32,000 nt of DNA from an uncultured Nitrosopumilaceae archaeon (GCA_964475825.1 CAYYXT010000003.1:96570-128569); one strand, 5' to 3'. Positions 15,030 to 24,613 are shown, counted from the first letter of the stretch. Translations and numbers: made by a program. The notes: generated from the letters alone by a model not told the origin.

Positions 15030-17486
15030 TTGAAACAAGATGCAAACACTCTGAATGCAGGCATTAGAAAAACTGCCCTAAAAATTGGAGGCATGCACTG
15101 TGCTGGCTGTATAACTGCAATTCAAAACCACATGTCAGATATTGAGGGCATAACAAAATGTGAGGTAAATCTGGCGGCTGAAAAAGCCGTTTTAGAGTTT
15201 GATTCATCATTAATTGATCTAGAGAAAATTGAAAACGCACTAAAAGATATTGGATATTCTACTGTCTATGAAAAATTCTCAGTAAAGATAGCAGCAATTA
15301 CGGATTCCAGTGATTCAGAAAAATTAGAAAAGAGATTACTGGAAATAGAAGGAGTCAAAGAAGCATCTGTTAATTATGGAAATAATCAAGTTGTCATTAA
15401 ATACAATTCTACTCTACTCTCAATTTCAGATCTTAGGAGAATAATTAACAAATTAGGATTTCAAATTTTAAGTGAAGATGACATCGTAACATCAGAAGAA
15501 ATTGAAGCAAAGAAACTAAAAAAACTATTCATCATCGGACTTGTGTTTTCAATTCCTGTCATGTTTCTTGGTTATCCAGAATTTTTTTCATTCATTCCAT
15601 TTGCAGGAACTGGAGTTGCAGCATTGATAATTTTTGTTTGTGCAAGTATAGTCCAGTTTGTTACTGGAAGCAGGTTCTACATTGGAGCATACAGAATAAC
15701 TAAAATGAAGTCTGCAAACATGGATACTCTGGTTGTTACTGGAACTACAGCCGCATATCTATTTAGTGTGTTTAACACATTTCCAACACCTGCTTGGCAC
15801 AACATCTACTATGATGCAGCTTCCATTGTGATAACTTTCATAATTCTTGGTAAGTATCTTGAAAACAAGACCAAGGGAAAGGCATCATCAATAATTAAAA
15901 AGATGTTAGAACTTCAACCAAAGACTGCAAGAATCAGAAAAAATGAAACAGAGACTGAAATTTCAATTGAATTAATCCAGCCTGGAGATATCTTGATCAT
16001 AAAACCCGGTGAAAAAATTCCCGTAGATAGTATAGTAGTTGAAGGTCACTCAGCAGTTGATGAATCTATGATAACTGGTGAATCAATGCCTGTAGAAAAG
16101 AAACCAGGCGATGTTGTGATTGGGAGTACAATAAACAAGGAGGGTGCTCTTTTGGTAAGAGCTGAAAAGGTTGGAAGCGATACAATGCTCTCACAGATAA
16201 TGAATCTTGTTGAAGACGCAATGGGAAGAAAGCCACCGATGCAACGCCTTGTTGACAAGATTGCGGGATATTTTGCAATTATAGTTCTAATTGTTGCCAC
16301 TGTAACATTTGTGTCGTGGTATTTTGTTACCCCGCCTGGAGAACATCATATTGCAGCTGCATTAATTCCAGCAGTAGCCATTCTAGTTGTTGCATGTCCA
16401 TGTGCACTTGGTCTTGCAACTCCAACTGCAGTAATGGTGGGAATGGGGAAAGGTGCCCAGTATGGGGTAATCTTTAAAGGCGGTGATGCCCTTGAGATGC
16501 TCAGCAAAATAAAGATTGCAGTATTTGACAAAACCGGAACTCTTACTGAAGGAAAGCCGCAAGTAATTGATTTGCTATCTTTAAAACCGATTACGCTAAC
16601 AGATGGTAATATTATACCTAATTCAGAAGAAAAATTTTTAGAGTTTGCTGCAATTGCTGAAAAAAATTCTGAACATCCATTGGCAAAATCAATTGTAAAA
16701 AAAGCAAGAGAATTAAATCTTGATCTACAAAACCCAACAGACTTTGTTGCAATTCCTGGAAGAGGTGTTAGGGCAACATACAACGGAAACACAATACTCG
16801 TTGGCAGCCCAAAACAGATAGAATTAGAAGGAGTTGAGATCAGTACAGCAGAAGAACATATCTCACAATTCCAACAGGAGGGAAAGACTGTCGTACTTGT
16901 AGCCCTTAACAGTCAATTAGTCGGATTGATTTCATTGCTGGATTCTCCAAAACAGAGTGCAAAGTCTGCTATTATGGCATTAAAAGACAACGGAGTGGAA
17001 GTAGTGATGCTTACGGGAGATAACAAAAGAACAGCTGCCACAATAGCTAATGAGCTTTCCATAGATAGAGTGATTGCCAATGTAATGCCATCTGAGAAGG
17101 TTAATGTGATAAAAGAATTACAGAGTGGTGGAAAAAAGGTTGCAATGATTGGGGATGGCATAAATGACGCTGCAGCAATAATGCAATCCGATGTTGGTAT
17201 CGCAATAGGAAGTGGTACAGATGTTGCAATAGAATCTGGCAAAGTTATTCTTTTAAGAGATGATCTAAACAGTGTAGTAACTGCCATAGAGATAAGCAAA
17301 AAAACGGTTGGTAAAATAAAACAAAATCTAATTTACGCATTTGCATATAATACAATACTCATACCAGTTGCAGGTATTGGTTTGCTTTACCCAGCTTTAG
17401 CAGGGTTGGCAATGGCTGCAAGCTCTGTTTCTGTCACAAGCAGCTCATTGCTTCTAAAAAGATGGTCTCCAAAGAGGCAAAAGTAA
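15030..17486 (+). CDS. copA: Copper-translocating P1B-type ATPase
   Basis: HMA domain GMHCAGC, TM CPC motif (VACPCALGLATP), phosphorylation site FDKTGTLT, SEHPLA, and hinge GDGINDAAA. The track start 14952 reads through the promoter/operator. I prefer the in-frame TTG at 15030, but the start is uncertain. Confidence 0.95.
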   Translation: MKQDANTLNAGIRKTALKIGGMHCAGCITAIQNHMSDIEGITKCEVNLAAEKAVLEFDSSLIDLEKIENALKDIGYSTVYEKFSVKIAAITDSSDSEKLEKRLLEIEGVKEASVNYGNNQVVIKYNSTLLSISDLRRIINKLGFQILSEDDIVTSEEIEAKKLKKLFIIGLVFSIPVMFLGYPEFFSFIPFAGTGVAALIIFVCASIVQFVTGSRFYIGAYRITKMKSANMDTLVVTGTTAAYLFSVFNTFPTPAWHNIYYDAASIVITFIILGKYLENKTKGKASSIIKKMLELQPKTARIRKNETETEISIELIQPGDILIIKPGEKIPVDSIVVEGHSAVDESMITGESMPVEKKPGDVVIGSTINKEGALLVRAEKVGSDTMLSQIMNLVEDAMGRKPPMQRLVDKIAGYFAIIVLIVATVTFVSWYFVTPPGEHHIAAALIPAVAILVVACPCALGLATPTAVMVGMGKGAQYGVIFKGGDALEMLSKIKIAVFDKTGTLTEGKPQVIDLLSLKPITLTDGNIIPNSEEKFLEFAAIAEKNSEHPLAKSIVKKARELNLDLQNPTDFVAIPGRGVRATYNGNTILVGSPKQIELEGVEISTAEEHISQFQQEGKTVVLVALNSQLVGLISLLDSPKQSAKSAIMALKDNGVEVVMLTGDNKRTAATIANELSIDRVIANVMPSEKVNVIKELQSGGKKVAMIGDGINDAAAIMQSDVGIAIGSGTDVAIESGKVILLRDDLNSVVTAIEISKKTVGKIKQNLIYAFAYNTILIPVAGIGLLYPALAGLAMAASSVSVTSSSLLLKRWSPKRQK

Positions 17487-17509
17487 AAACCAGCAAAAGG
17501 GATCATACA

Positions 17510-18097
17510 ATGAAAGCAATACAATTTTCAGACAAATATTTGGTCTTGTGGATACTACCGTTTTTGTTTGTAATTGCTTTTTATTCCACGGTGTCAGAAA
17601 AACCAGATGTTACAATTGACAGATTCGATGAGAAATTTATCATCCTGAGTAATGCCCATACGAATTATTGCGCATCTGCAGATTTCTTGAACTCCAAGTC
17701 TGATGATGACAGACTGCAGGGATCTTGTTGTTCCAAGATGGACTCTCACAGATACACAGAGCAAATTGAGGGCCTCAAGCAATATTCGTACATTGATGTA
17801 ATTCCTTCAGATCCTTATGACATCAAGGCATCTCTTGCAAAAACCCTTGTGTCCTATGATAAAAACATCATATTGAACACACAGCAGCAAAAAGTGTATG
17901 ATGATGCGATGAAAATGTCATCAGAAGGTGGACCATGTTGTTGCAAGTGTTGGAGATGGACTGCCTTTGAAGGACAGGCAAAATATCTAATCACAGAATA
18001 TAATTTTGATGAAAAGCAAATCGCATATGTGTGGGATCTGGAAGATGGTTGCGGTGGGAAAGGACATACAGATCATTTTGAGCCAAAACCTTCATAG
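17510..18097 (+). CDS. Membrane-anchored Cys-rich protein of unknown function, co-transcribed with copA
   Basis: ATG 17510 lies 23 nt after the copA stop. N-terminal TM helix. Cys clusters GSCCSKMD, GGPCCCKCWRW and DGCGGKGHTDH. Confidence 0.65.
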   Translation: MKAIQFSDKYLVLWILPFLFVIAFYSTVSEKPDVTIDRFDEKFIILSNAHTNYCASADFLNSKSDDDRLQGSCCSKMDSHRYTEQIEGLKQYSYIDVIPSDPYDIKASLAKTLVSYDKNIILNTQQQKVYDDAMKMSSEGGPCCCKCWRWTAFEGQAKYLITEYNFDEKQIAYVWDLEDGCGGKGHTDHFEPKPS

Positions 18098-18201
18098 TGT
18101 GATGTAAGATGAATTTGGATTCTTAGATGATTTAATCCTCTTTTCATAAAACAAGTGACAAAAAGATATGTCTCACATTGTAGACATCCACTAAGGGTTC
18201 T

Positions 18202-18428
18202 ATTCATTGAATCTCAGAGAATTATTCAATCAGTCAAAGTATGTTTTAATTATTCAGGCGTGATTCAGTGTTGAATATACAATAAATTCATGCGTGAATA
18301 GTGAATATTTTCACATTCACCAGTTGTCACGCGTGAATGTCTCATAATGAATCATTCACCATTCAAAAAAACATTCACTCGCATTCAAGAGTACCGACAT
18401 GATTCACGCATGCCATTCAAGAGTACCG
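18202..18428. repeat. Dense array of ATTCA/TGAAT pentamers with nested palindromes and direct repeats
   Basis: 18 copies by my count in 227 nt. An 11-nt inverted repeat CATGCGTGAAT (18289-18299) / ATTCACGCATG (18402-18412). Palindromes ATTCATTGAAT (18202-18212), TCACGCGTGA (18327-18336) and TGAATCATTCA (18348-18358). A 15-nt direct repeat CATTCAAGAGTACCG (18382-18396, 18414-18428). Confidence 0.7.
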
Positions 18429-18681
18429 TATATTTTCACATGAAAAATATTAACGTACTATCTATCGTACACTTTTTGTACGATTACAGGCATCAATCAT
18501 TCAATAATATATATTTTAAAAGAGAGTGCATTGTAGATTTTACCAATATGACTGACGGGGTTTTTGCCAGCAGTGGCTTCAGAACCCGCAGGTCTGCTGG
18601 GAGATATTATACGACTTGCCATATTAAAATAAATTTAAAAGATAAATTTTAACCCTATCAACGATTATCAACTCTGGTTAA

Positions 18682-18863
18682 CAAAAAATAATTTTCGGGA
18701 AACCAGGTCCAGAAATTGTAAAGTTTGCTCATAATAAAAAGGATGTAATCGACATAGTTGTATAGGTTCACGAGGGTTAGGTTCAATGTGAGAAGCATTT
18801 CTTGGTAGCACATCAAATTATGTATTGCACAAATCAGAGATTCCTGTTATGATTATGAAATAG
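18682..18863 (+). pseudogene. Universal stress protein pseudogene (C-terminal remnant with one frameshift and one in-frame TGA)
   Basis: Own translation: FGKPGPEIVKFAHNKKDVIDIVV*, then after a frame change IGSRGLGSM*EAFLGSTSNYVLHKSEIPVMIMK*. It aligns with the C-terminus of the intact USP at 2160..2588 (IGSRG, FLGSTSNFVLHKSKVPVTIVK). The N-terminal half is missing. Confidence 0.65.
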
Positions 18864-18935
18864 ATGACTTTTAGAATTTTTGTACCATGTGATGGAACGT
18901 TATTTGTAGAAATGATCTTTAAAATTCTCTTTGGA

Positions 18936-19751
18936 CTATCCCAAAAATTCAATTCTGTCTGATTGTAACGCCATACAAATATCCCAAGGTGTAATCACTT
19001 GATCTTGAAAAAATATGTAGGGGTGTAACATTCCGTACATAATTTTTGAAATTTCTGCCAAATTAACATCCTTGGAAATTTTTTTTGCTTCTTCTAGTTT
19101 GAATGATTCTTCAATCCTATGATCCAAGAATTTTATATTTCTAAAAAAATTAAGTTCCTGCGCTACAGTTTGAATGATCAAACGATCGCTAATAAAATTA
19201 TTTGTGTTTTTTAATCTCAATTTCCTAGTATTTTTTTGAAGCATTAAATTTATGATGTCTCTCATTGTATCATTGAGATCAAATGTGACCACCTCTTTCT
19301 TTGGTAATTCAGAAATGGTCAAATCTGTGATACAATTAGCACCAATTTCAAGTAATTTTCTTCCAGATATGGCCGAATATCCTCCTAAATTGTTGGGAAT
19401 TATTGAAAATGCTCTTCTAGTTTGTTTCCATTTCTCAAGGAGTTCTTTTAGTTTGATTTTTTCAGATAGGATTGTAAGATCTTTATTCATGACCTGCTCT
19501 ACTGTGGCTTCATCGAAAAATTCAGAAGTAGGATTTTTGAAAATATTCTCAATTATTTCTCTTCCTCCAATTACTCCAATTGGCTTTTCATCTTCTTCTG
19601 TTACGACAAGGGAATCTGTAAATGATTCCAAATAATGAATTAGCATGCCAGTGGCTACCCACATTTTATTTTCTTTTCTAATGCTTACAGCAGGAGTAGA
19701 CCTCAAAGATAGCGGTAGTAGATCTTTCAGAGTTTGATTATAGATAGGCAA
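18936..19751 (-). CDS. CBS-domain pair protein (start uncertain)
   Basis: CBS-like segments such as SLVVTEEDEKPIGVIGGREIIENI and VEQVMNKDLTILSEKIKLKELLEKW. The track start is TTG. An internal ATG at residue 30 is an alternative start. Confidence 0.5.
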   Translation of the reverse strand: MPIYNQTLKDLLPLSLRSTPAVSIRKENKMWVATGMLIHYLESFTDSLVVTEEDEKPIGVIGGREIIENIFKNPTSEFFDEATVEQVMNKDLTILSEKIKLKELLEKWKQTRRAFSIIPNNLGGYSAISGRKLLEIGANCITDLTISELPKKEVVTFDLNDTMRDIINLMLQKNTRKLRLKNTNNFISDRLIIQTVAQELNFFRNIKFLDHRIEESFKLEEAKKISKDVNLAEISKIMYGMLHPYIFFQDQVITPWDICMALQSDRIEFLG

Positions 19752-20123
19752 AAATTCTCTAACATTCTAAAGATAAGGATGTTTATCTATGTAAAGATGA
19801 TTTTCATTTTCTGAATTAAAGGTGTTTTATTTTCTTTCAATCTTGAATCAGACAACATAGAACGACTAGATGAAATTATACAGACCTGTTAGTAGGTCCG
19901 ATGTTATTGATGTTGTGATCAGTTATGTATTGCAGAGGTCTGATATTATGATTTTGCCTAATTTCATGTGTAAATATAGTTGGGGTGTCAAAGTGATCTG
20001 ACAAATCGCCCTCCCGGCTTATGATTAACAGTTCATATCTCTAAATTTCATCCTTTGAAATAAATTGTACAAAAAATAAGTGTGTAAAACCGAGCTATTT
20101 AATTCAAAAGTTTTTCATCAAGT

Positions 20124-20495
20124 ATGTTTTTTGATATCTTTATGGGCGATATCAAACAAGTAATTGTGATTCGAACTGACCTTGAAATGGGAAAAGGAAA
20201 GATTGCCGCACAAGTAGGTCATGCCTGTGTTCTAGGCGCTGAACATGTTAGAAAATCTCATCCTGAGTGGTTCAATAAATGGTGGGGTGGCCAAGAGAAA
20301 GTCGTACTCAAAGTTTCAGGCATTAAAGAATTACAAGAAGTAAAAAGGCATGCAATTGATTTGGACCTTCCATGGTCTGAAGTTACAGATGCAGGTCATA
20401 CTCAAATTGCTCCGGGTACCGTGACTTGTATTTCTATTGGCCCAGCTCCTGAGAATCTTATCGATAAAATAACTGGCAACTTGAAATTGCTTTAG
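20124..20495 (+). CDS. pth2: Peptidyl-tRNA hydrolase, archaeal/eukaryotic type
   Basis: KQVIVIRTDLEMGKGKIAAQVGHA...KVVLKV...TDAGHTQI.PGT.T.ISIGP is the canonical Pth2 pattern. An alternative ATG at 20142 gives 117 aa. Confidence 0.9.
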   Translation: MFFDIFMGDIKQVIVIRTDLEMGKGKIAAQVGHACVLGAEHVRKSHPEWFNKWWGGQEKVVLKVSGIKELQEVKRHAIDLDLPWSEVTDAGHTQIAPGTVTCISIGPAPENLIDKITGNLKLL

Positions 20496-20551
20496 TTTTT
20501 CATTAATTTTTCTTGGAATGAGATATAACAAGGCTTGATATTTTTTGAATT

Positions 20552-22123
20552 GTGAATAAAAAAGGACTAATGGTTGCTATCTTTTTTGGAACAATAATGC
20601 TGACATCTTTGGCTGCAGGAGTACTTCTTAACAACACTCCAACACCATCTGAAATAACTCCTACTGGCACCCCAGCTGATAATTTCCCTGATGCTCAACG
20701 TGCACAATACTGTGGTTCAGGAGATGCAAAATCAACAGCATTTGTCAAAGAATACACCATTCCAACTGCTTGTACAAATCCTTTGGCAATAGTTGCTGAC
20801 TATGATGGAAATGTGTGGTTTGCACAAACCAACACGGGTAAACTAGCAAAATTTGATCCTACTACTGAATCTTTTACTGAATTTGATAATACTCTCTGGC
20901 CAAAAAATGGTCGCTCGATGATCTGGGGGATTGATTATTCTCCTGACGGTTCACTGTGGTTTACAGACGAATCTTATGATTCTGTATGGCGATTCTCCAC
21001 ACAAGATGAAAAATATCAACAAATAGATTATCCTTCTGAAGGTAATTCATTACCACAAAAATTGAAAGTTGATGGTTCACAAATAGTGATAAATGATTTT
21101 ACTGGAAACAAAATCACCTTTTTAGATCCTACTCAATCCAATGATAACTTGAGATATCTGAGTCTCCCTTCTCCTGTTAATGGTTCTGTAACTGGTGATT
21201 TTGCAATTGATACTGATAAAAATGTCTGGTATACAAATTGGCTTTTCCAACAAGGCGGAGTTTTGGTAAAATTTGATCAAGAAGGCTATCGCAACTCTAT
21301 AGCTAACGTTAATGGAGAATCTCTTCCTGCACTTGATTACATCGAAATATTCCAGTTACCTCCTGAATTACTTACTCCAAACGGTATGGCTGTATCTGAT
21401 GATGGTATGATTTGGTTAGCAGACACATCAAGCTCTGCTATCTTTAACTTTGATCCTGCCACACAACAATTTACTCAGTATGTTACATCTGATCCAAAAA
21501 TATCTACATATGGTAACTCTACTGGAGTTATAAAATCTCCAATATCTAGACCATATTGGATTAAAACTAATTCTGATGGACAATTAGTTTTCAATGAACA
21601 AACCGCAAATAGTATTGCAGTCATGGATCCAAAATCTGAATCACTCGTAGAATATCTGATTCCATCAAAAAATCCATCTTGGGGTGACTGTGATGTTGAT
21701 TCTGATTGCGGCTTGGCTCAAATCTTTGATTTTACCACACACGGTGATAAAATCTGGTTTACTGAATGGGTGGAAAATAATATTGGTGTAGTTGATACTT
21801 CTATTGCACTTCCATTTGGAATTGAACTTGACTCTAAAGATATTTCACTTGTACCCGGCGAGTCAAAGAACTTGTCTTTCATAATATCTCCGCAGCAAGA
21901 CTTGTCTGATGTATCTCTGATATTGTCAGATCCTCACAACTTTTTGAATGTCATTTCAAATGTATCTGATCCTTTCCAATTAAATTCTGATGCTCCTAGA
22001 CCTGTGGAGGTGACAATTTCTGCATCTGATGAGGCAACTCCTGGAAAATACAAAGTATTGCTAGGAGCTCAAATTGAAGATGTTTCAATAAGTAAATTTG
22101 TTACAGTGACAATATTACCGTGA
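20552..22123 (+). CDS. Secreted beta-propeller protein, streptogramin-lyase (Vgb)/NHL-like repeats, with C-terminal Ig-like domain
   Basis: Signal peptide. Blades NVWFAQTNTGKLAKF, SLWFTDESYDSVWRF, MIWLADTSSSAIFNF and KIWFTEWVENNIGVV. Paralog of 9409..11091 but lacks the C-terminal TM anchor. GTG start. Confidence 0.7.
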   Translation: MNKKGLMVAIFFGTIMLTSLAAGVLLNNTPTPSEITPTGTPADNFPDAQRAQYCGSGDAKSTAFVKEYTIPTACTNPLAIVADYDGNVWFAQTNTGKLAKFDPTTESFTEFDNTLWPKNGRSMIWGIDYSPDGSLWFTDESYDSVWRFSTQDEKYQQIDYPSEGNSLPQKLKVDGSQIVINDFTGNKITFLDPTQSNDNLRYLSLPSPVNGSVTGDFAIDTDKNVWYTNWLFQQGGVLVKFDQEGYRNSIANVNGESLPALDYIEIFQLPPELLTPNGMAVSDDGMIWLADTSSSAIFNFDPATQQFTQYVTSDPKISTYGNSTGVIKSPISRPYWIKTNSDGQLVFNEQTANSIAVMDPKSESLVEYLIPSKNPSWGDCDVDSDCGLAQIFDFTTHGDKIWFTEWVENNIGVVDTSIALPFGIELDSKDISLVPGESKNLSFIISPQQDLSDVSLILSDPHNFLNVISNVSDPFQLNSDAPRPVEVTISASDEATPGKYKVLLGAQIEDVSISKFVTVTILP

Positions 22124-23316
22124 TACCTAAAATAGATTCTCAAATAGGCATCTCTGTTTATAGTACAAAATTTAATGGAATTGGAGGACGAATCAGAACC
22201 AAAGTTGAGAACTTTCAAGTAACCGAGGTACTCTCTGAGAAATCATTAAAATCAATTAGTCAACAAGATGGCTATGCTGTTTACAAACTAAAAAAGAAAA
22301 AAATAGATACAAACCATGCACTTTCTGATATTTTTAGAAAAAAAAAAATTCGATTAAAAGCCCTTGGACTAAAGGATGCTTTTGCAGTAACTGAACAATT
22401 TGTTTGCTCTGATAACAAAGGTAAATCCATAGAAAACTATGTTTCTGAAAAATACTCACTTGAAAAAATTGGTTTTGTAAAAAAACCATTATCCAAAAAA
22501 GACATGATTGCTAATCATTTTATCATAAAAATTTCTGAATGTGCTGGTAATCTCTCTGATTTTACCGAGTATGATAAAATTCTAAATTTTTATGGTTACC
22601 AAAGATTTGGCTCCAAAAGACCAGTCACGCATCTCATTGGTAAGGCACTTTTACAGCGCAATTTCAAAAAGGCAGTCGAGTTAATCGTCTCTTTTACATC
22701 TCCTTATGACTCTAAAGAAAATACCGAGATCAGAGAAAAACTCGCTGACAAATCAAACTACAAAAAATACTTTGAACAAGTTCCATTACAAATGGACATT
22801 GAAAGAATCGTACTTCAAGAAATGATTGAACATGATAATGAGCAAAAAGCAATTCATGTAATACCGTTATTCCTTAGAAGATTTTACATTCAAGCGTACC
22901 AATCTTTTCTTTTCAATCATGCATTAAGTGCCGCATTTACAGATGGGGAAAATCTCTTTGAGGCACAAGAAGGTGATGTTTGCTATGATTTTCATGGGAT
23001 AATTGGAAAATATGTTAAAGGTCTAGATCAACATCTTGCATTACCTTTTGTAGGATATTCGTATTACAAAAAAACCCGCTTTGATTTTCAAATATCCAAA
23101 ATTTTAGAAACTGAAGAGATTACTCCGAAGGATTTTTTCATTAAAGAAATGCAGGAAATTAGTAGTGAAGGTGGATTCAGACAAGCTGCAATACAATGTA
23201 CTAATTATTCATCAAAAGATACTACTGTAGAGTTTACTCTTTCCAGAGGTTCGTTTGCTACTATACTATTACGTGAAATAATGAAACCCGAAGATCCGAT
23301 TCTTGCAGGATTTTAA
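22120..23316 (+). CDS. truD: tRNA pseudouridine(13) synthase TruD/Pus7 family
   Basis: N-terminal GISVYST...GIGGRIR...NFQVTEV and the YGYQRFG motif are characteristic of TruD. The GTG start overlaps the upstream stop (GTGA). Confidence 0.85.
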   Translation: MIPKIDSQIGISVYSTKFNGIGGRIRTKVENFQVTEVLSEKSLKSISQQDGYAVYKLKKKKIDTNHALSDIFRKKKIRLKALGLKDAFAVTEQFVCSDNKGKSIENYVSEKYSLEKIGFVKKPLSKKDMIANHFIIKISECAGNLSDFTEYDKILNFYGYQRFGSKRPVTHLIGKALLQRNFKKAVELIVSFTSPYDSKENTEIREKLADKSNYKKYFEQVPLQMDIERIVLQEMIEHDNEQKAIHVIPLFLRRFYIQAYQSFLFNHALSAAFTDGENLFEAQEGDVCYDFHGIIGKYVKGLDQHLALPFVGYSYYKKTRFDFQISKILETEEITPKDFFIKEMQEISSEGGFRQAAIQCTNYSSKDTTVEFTLSRGSFATILLREIMKPEDPILAGF

Positions 23317-23382
23317 GATCTCTCTGTAAATATTTTTTCAGATGTCTTTAAGTTACAGTTTATTTTAGAAAGCGCAATTGGA

Positions 23383-23613
23383 ATGGAAAAAGCATACATG
23401 TTGATTAGCTGTGAAATAGGAGAAGAGCATTCAATTTATTCACAACTAAAAGAACTTCCAGAAATTAAAGATTGCATTATCACTTATGGCAGTTATGATC
23501 TTGTTGTTAAATTTGAAACTAACACTGCAGAAGAAATGAATAAAATTATTTCAACCAAGATTCGAAAATTAGACAAAATTCGTAGTACCATAACCCTTCG
23601 TGTAACTGACTAG
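23383..23613 (+). CDS. Stand-alone Lrp/AsnC ligand-binding (RAM) domain protein
   Basis: 76 aa. AYMLISCEIGEEHSIYSQLKELPEIKDCIITYGSYDLVVKFET...IRSTITL matches the AsnC_trans_reg beta-alpha-beta-beta-alpha-beta pattern. Confidence 0.7.
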   Translation: MEKAYMLISCEIGEEHSIYSQLKELPEIKDCIITYGSYDLVVKFETNTAEEMNKIISTKIRKLDKIRSTITLRVTD

Positions 23614-23876
23614 TTTTTTTTGATAAAACTCAAACCTATCCCGATTGCCAGAATAATGCCTCCTGAAACAGCTATCTGAATTCCATATGTGATCCACTGT
23701 GGATTTGAATACATGAATGATGATTCTGGCCCTACTATTGATTGTCCTTGAAGATGAAAAATCACACCCATAATCATAATGCCAATACCTGTAACTATGA
23801 CTGCTTTTTTGCCTTTCATTGTATTTTCTAGGCAGGTACTAGTAAAAAGGGTAAAGAGAATTGATAATTTGACCAA
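23610..23876 (-). CDS. Small membrane protein (88 aa, about 3 TM)
   Basis: Hydrophobic segments only. No motif. Confidence 0.45.
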   Translation of the reverse strand: MVKLSILFTLFTSTCLENTMKGKKAVIVTGIGIMIMGVIFHLQGQSIVGPESSFMYSNPQWITYGIQIAVSGGIILAIGIGLSFIKKN

Positions 23877-23923
23877 ATGATTTTTTGACTTGATCTTTAA
23901 TGATTTTCTTCTGATTCTTAAAA

Positions 23924-24613
23924 ATGTACAATTGGGAATATAATGCCTCAGAGTCAGGTGACCGTAAATATCTTAATCTGATATTGTTTGTAGTATCTGC
24001 CTCTCTTGCAGTGCTTTTGTTTTTAGTATTTTATCCTCAAATTGAGGCAATTAATCGAGAATCACCGTTTTTAATTAATCTCATGTTTCTTCCTGCAGCT
24101 GCCGTAGGATTTCTTTATGGTGTTAGAATCACTGAAAGAGCTGTAAGACCAAGCGAAATACGTAGTCCCATTAAAAGATCAATTGTTAAAATTTTCTTGT
24201 TCTTTTTTGTTATAGGCGGTATATTTAGTTCTGTTAATTTTGCATTAAATGGTGGTAGTATAATGCCTGAATTCAATATTTTAGCAGACGGTCTCCTACC
24301 TTGGTTAAATGAATATGTGACTGCAAACGGTGGTGCAACGTTTCTAATAATTACTAGCATTGCTTTGATGGCAGGAGCAACAAAAAGAATCGTTGGAATG
24401 GATTCTGGATTTATTAATAAACTGGTGATATGTGTTGGAACTTTTGTTTTCTTTACAATGCTTATACTCAGCTTTACAAAATCTGATCCTACTTCTTCAG
24501 GTGTATTTTTGTATACATTTTACCAGGCGGGAATTGTTGGTGGTGCATTTTATGCAATGAATAGATTGACAAAAAATCTAAACACTATGGAAGATTTTGC
24601 AAACGGATACTGA
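23924..24613 (+). CDS. Integral membrane protein (229 aa, about 6 TM)
   Basis: Hydropathy pattern only. No recognisable motif. Confidence 0.55.
   Translation: MYNWEYNASESGDRKYLNLILFVVSASLAVLLFLVFYPQIEAINRESPFLINLMFLPAAAVGFLYGVRITERAVRPSEIRSPIKRSIVKIFLFFFVIGGIFSSVNFALNGGSIMPEFNILADGLLPWLNEYVTANGGATFLIITSIALMAGATKRIVGMDSGFINKLVICVGTFVFFTMLILSFTKSDPTSSGVFLYTFYQAGIVGGAFYAMNRLTKNLNTMEDFANGY

Noticed and set aside
17610-17621. TTACAATTGACA, a 10/12 match to the operator
   Set aside because: It lies inside the coding sequence of 17510..18097. The right half-site is disrupted (TGACA), and there is no adjacent TATA box or start codon.
18567-18600. GC-rich hairpin CCAGCAG-N20-CTGCTGG with a GCGGGTTC stretch resembling a tRNA T-arm, a possible tRNA fragment or att remnant
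   Set aside because: No complementary T-stem strand, acceptor stem or anticodon arm can be drawn. It is not followed by a T-tract. The evidence is insufficient for a tRNA, att or terminator call.
18347-18652. Track ORF (101 aa) across the ATTCA repeat array
   Set aside because: The sequence is dominated by repeat-derived FT/HS/IH strings. It has no motif and lies in a decaying region next to a pseudogene.
19880-19960. Possible C/D-box sRNA (GTGATCA ... CTGA) in the 370-nt gap upstream of pth2
   Set aside because: The C box is imperfect. Only 18 nt separate it from the CTGA, and there is no C'/D' pair or terminal stem.
22120-22123. GTGA overlap coupling the secreted propeller gene to truD, an odd functional pairing
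   Set aside because: Four-nt overlaps are common in compact archaeal genomes, and nothing else suggests a functional link.
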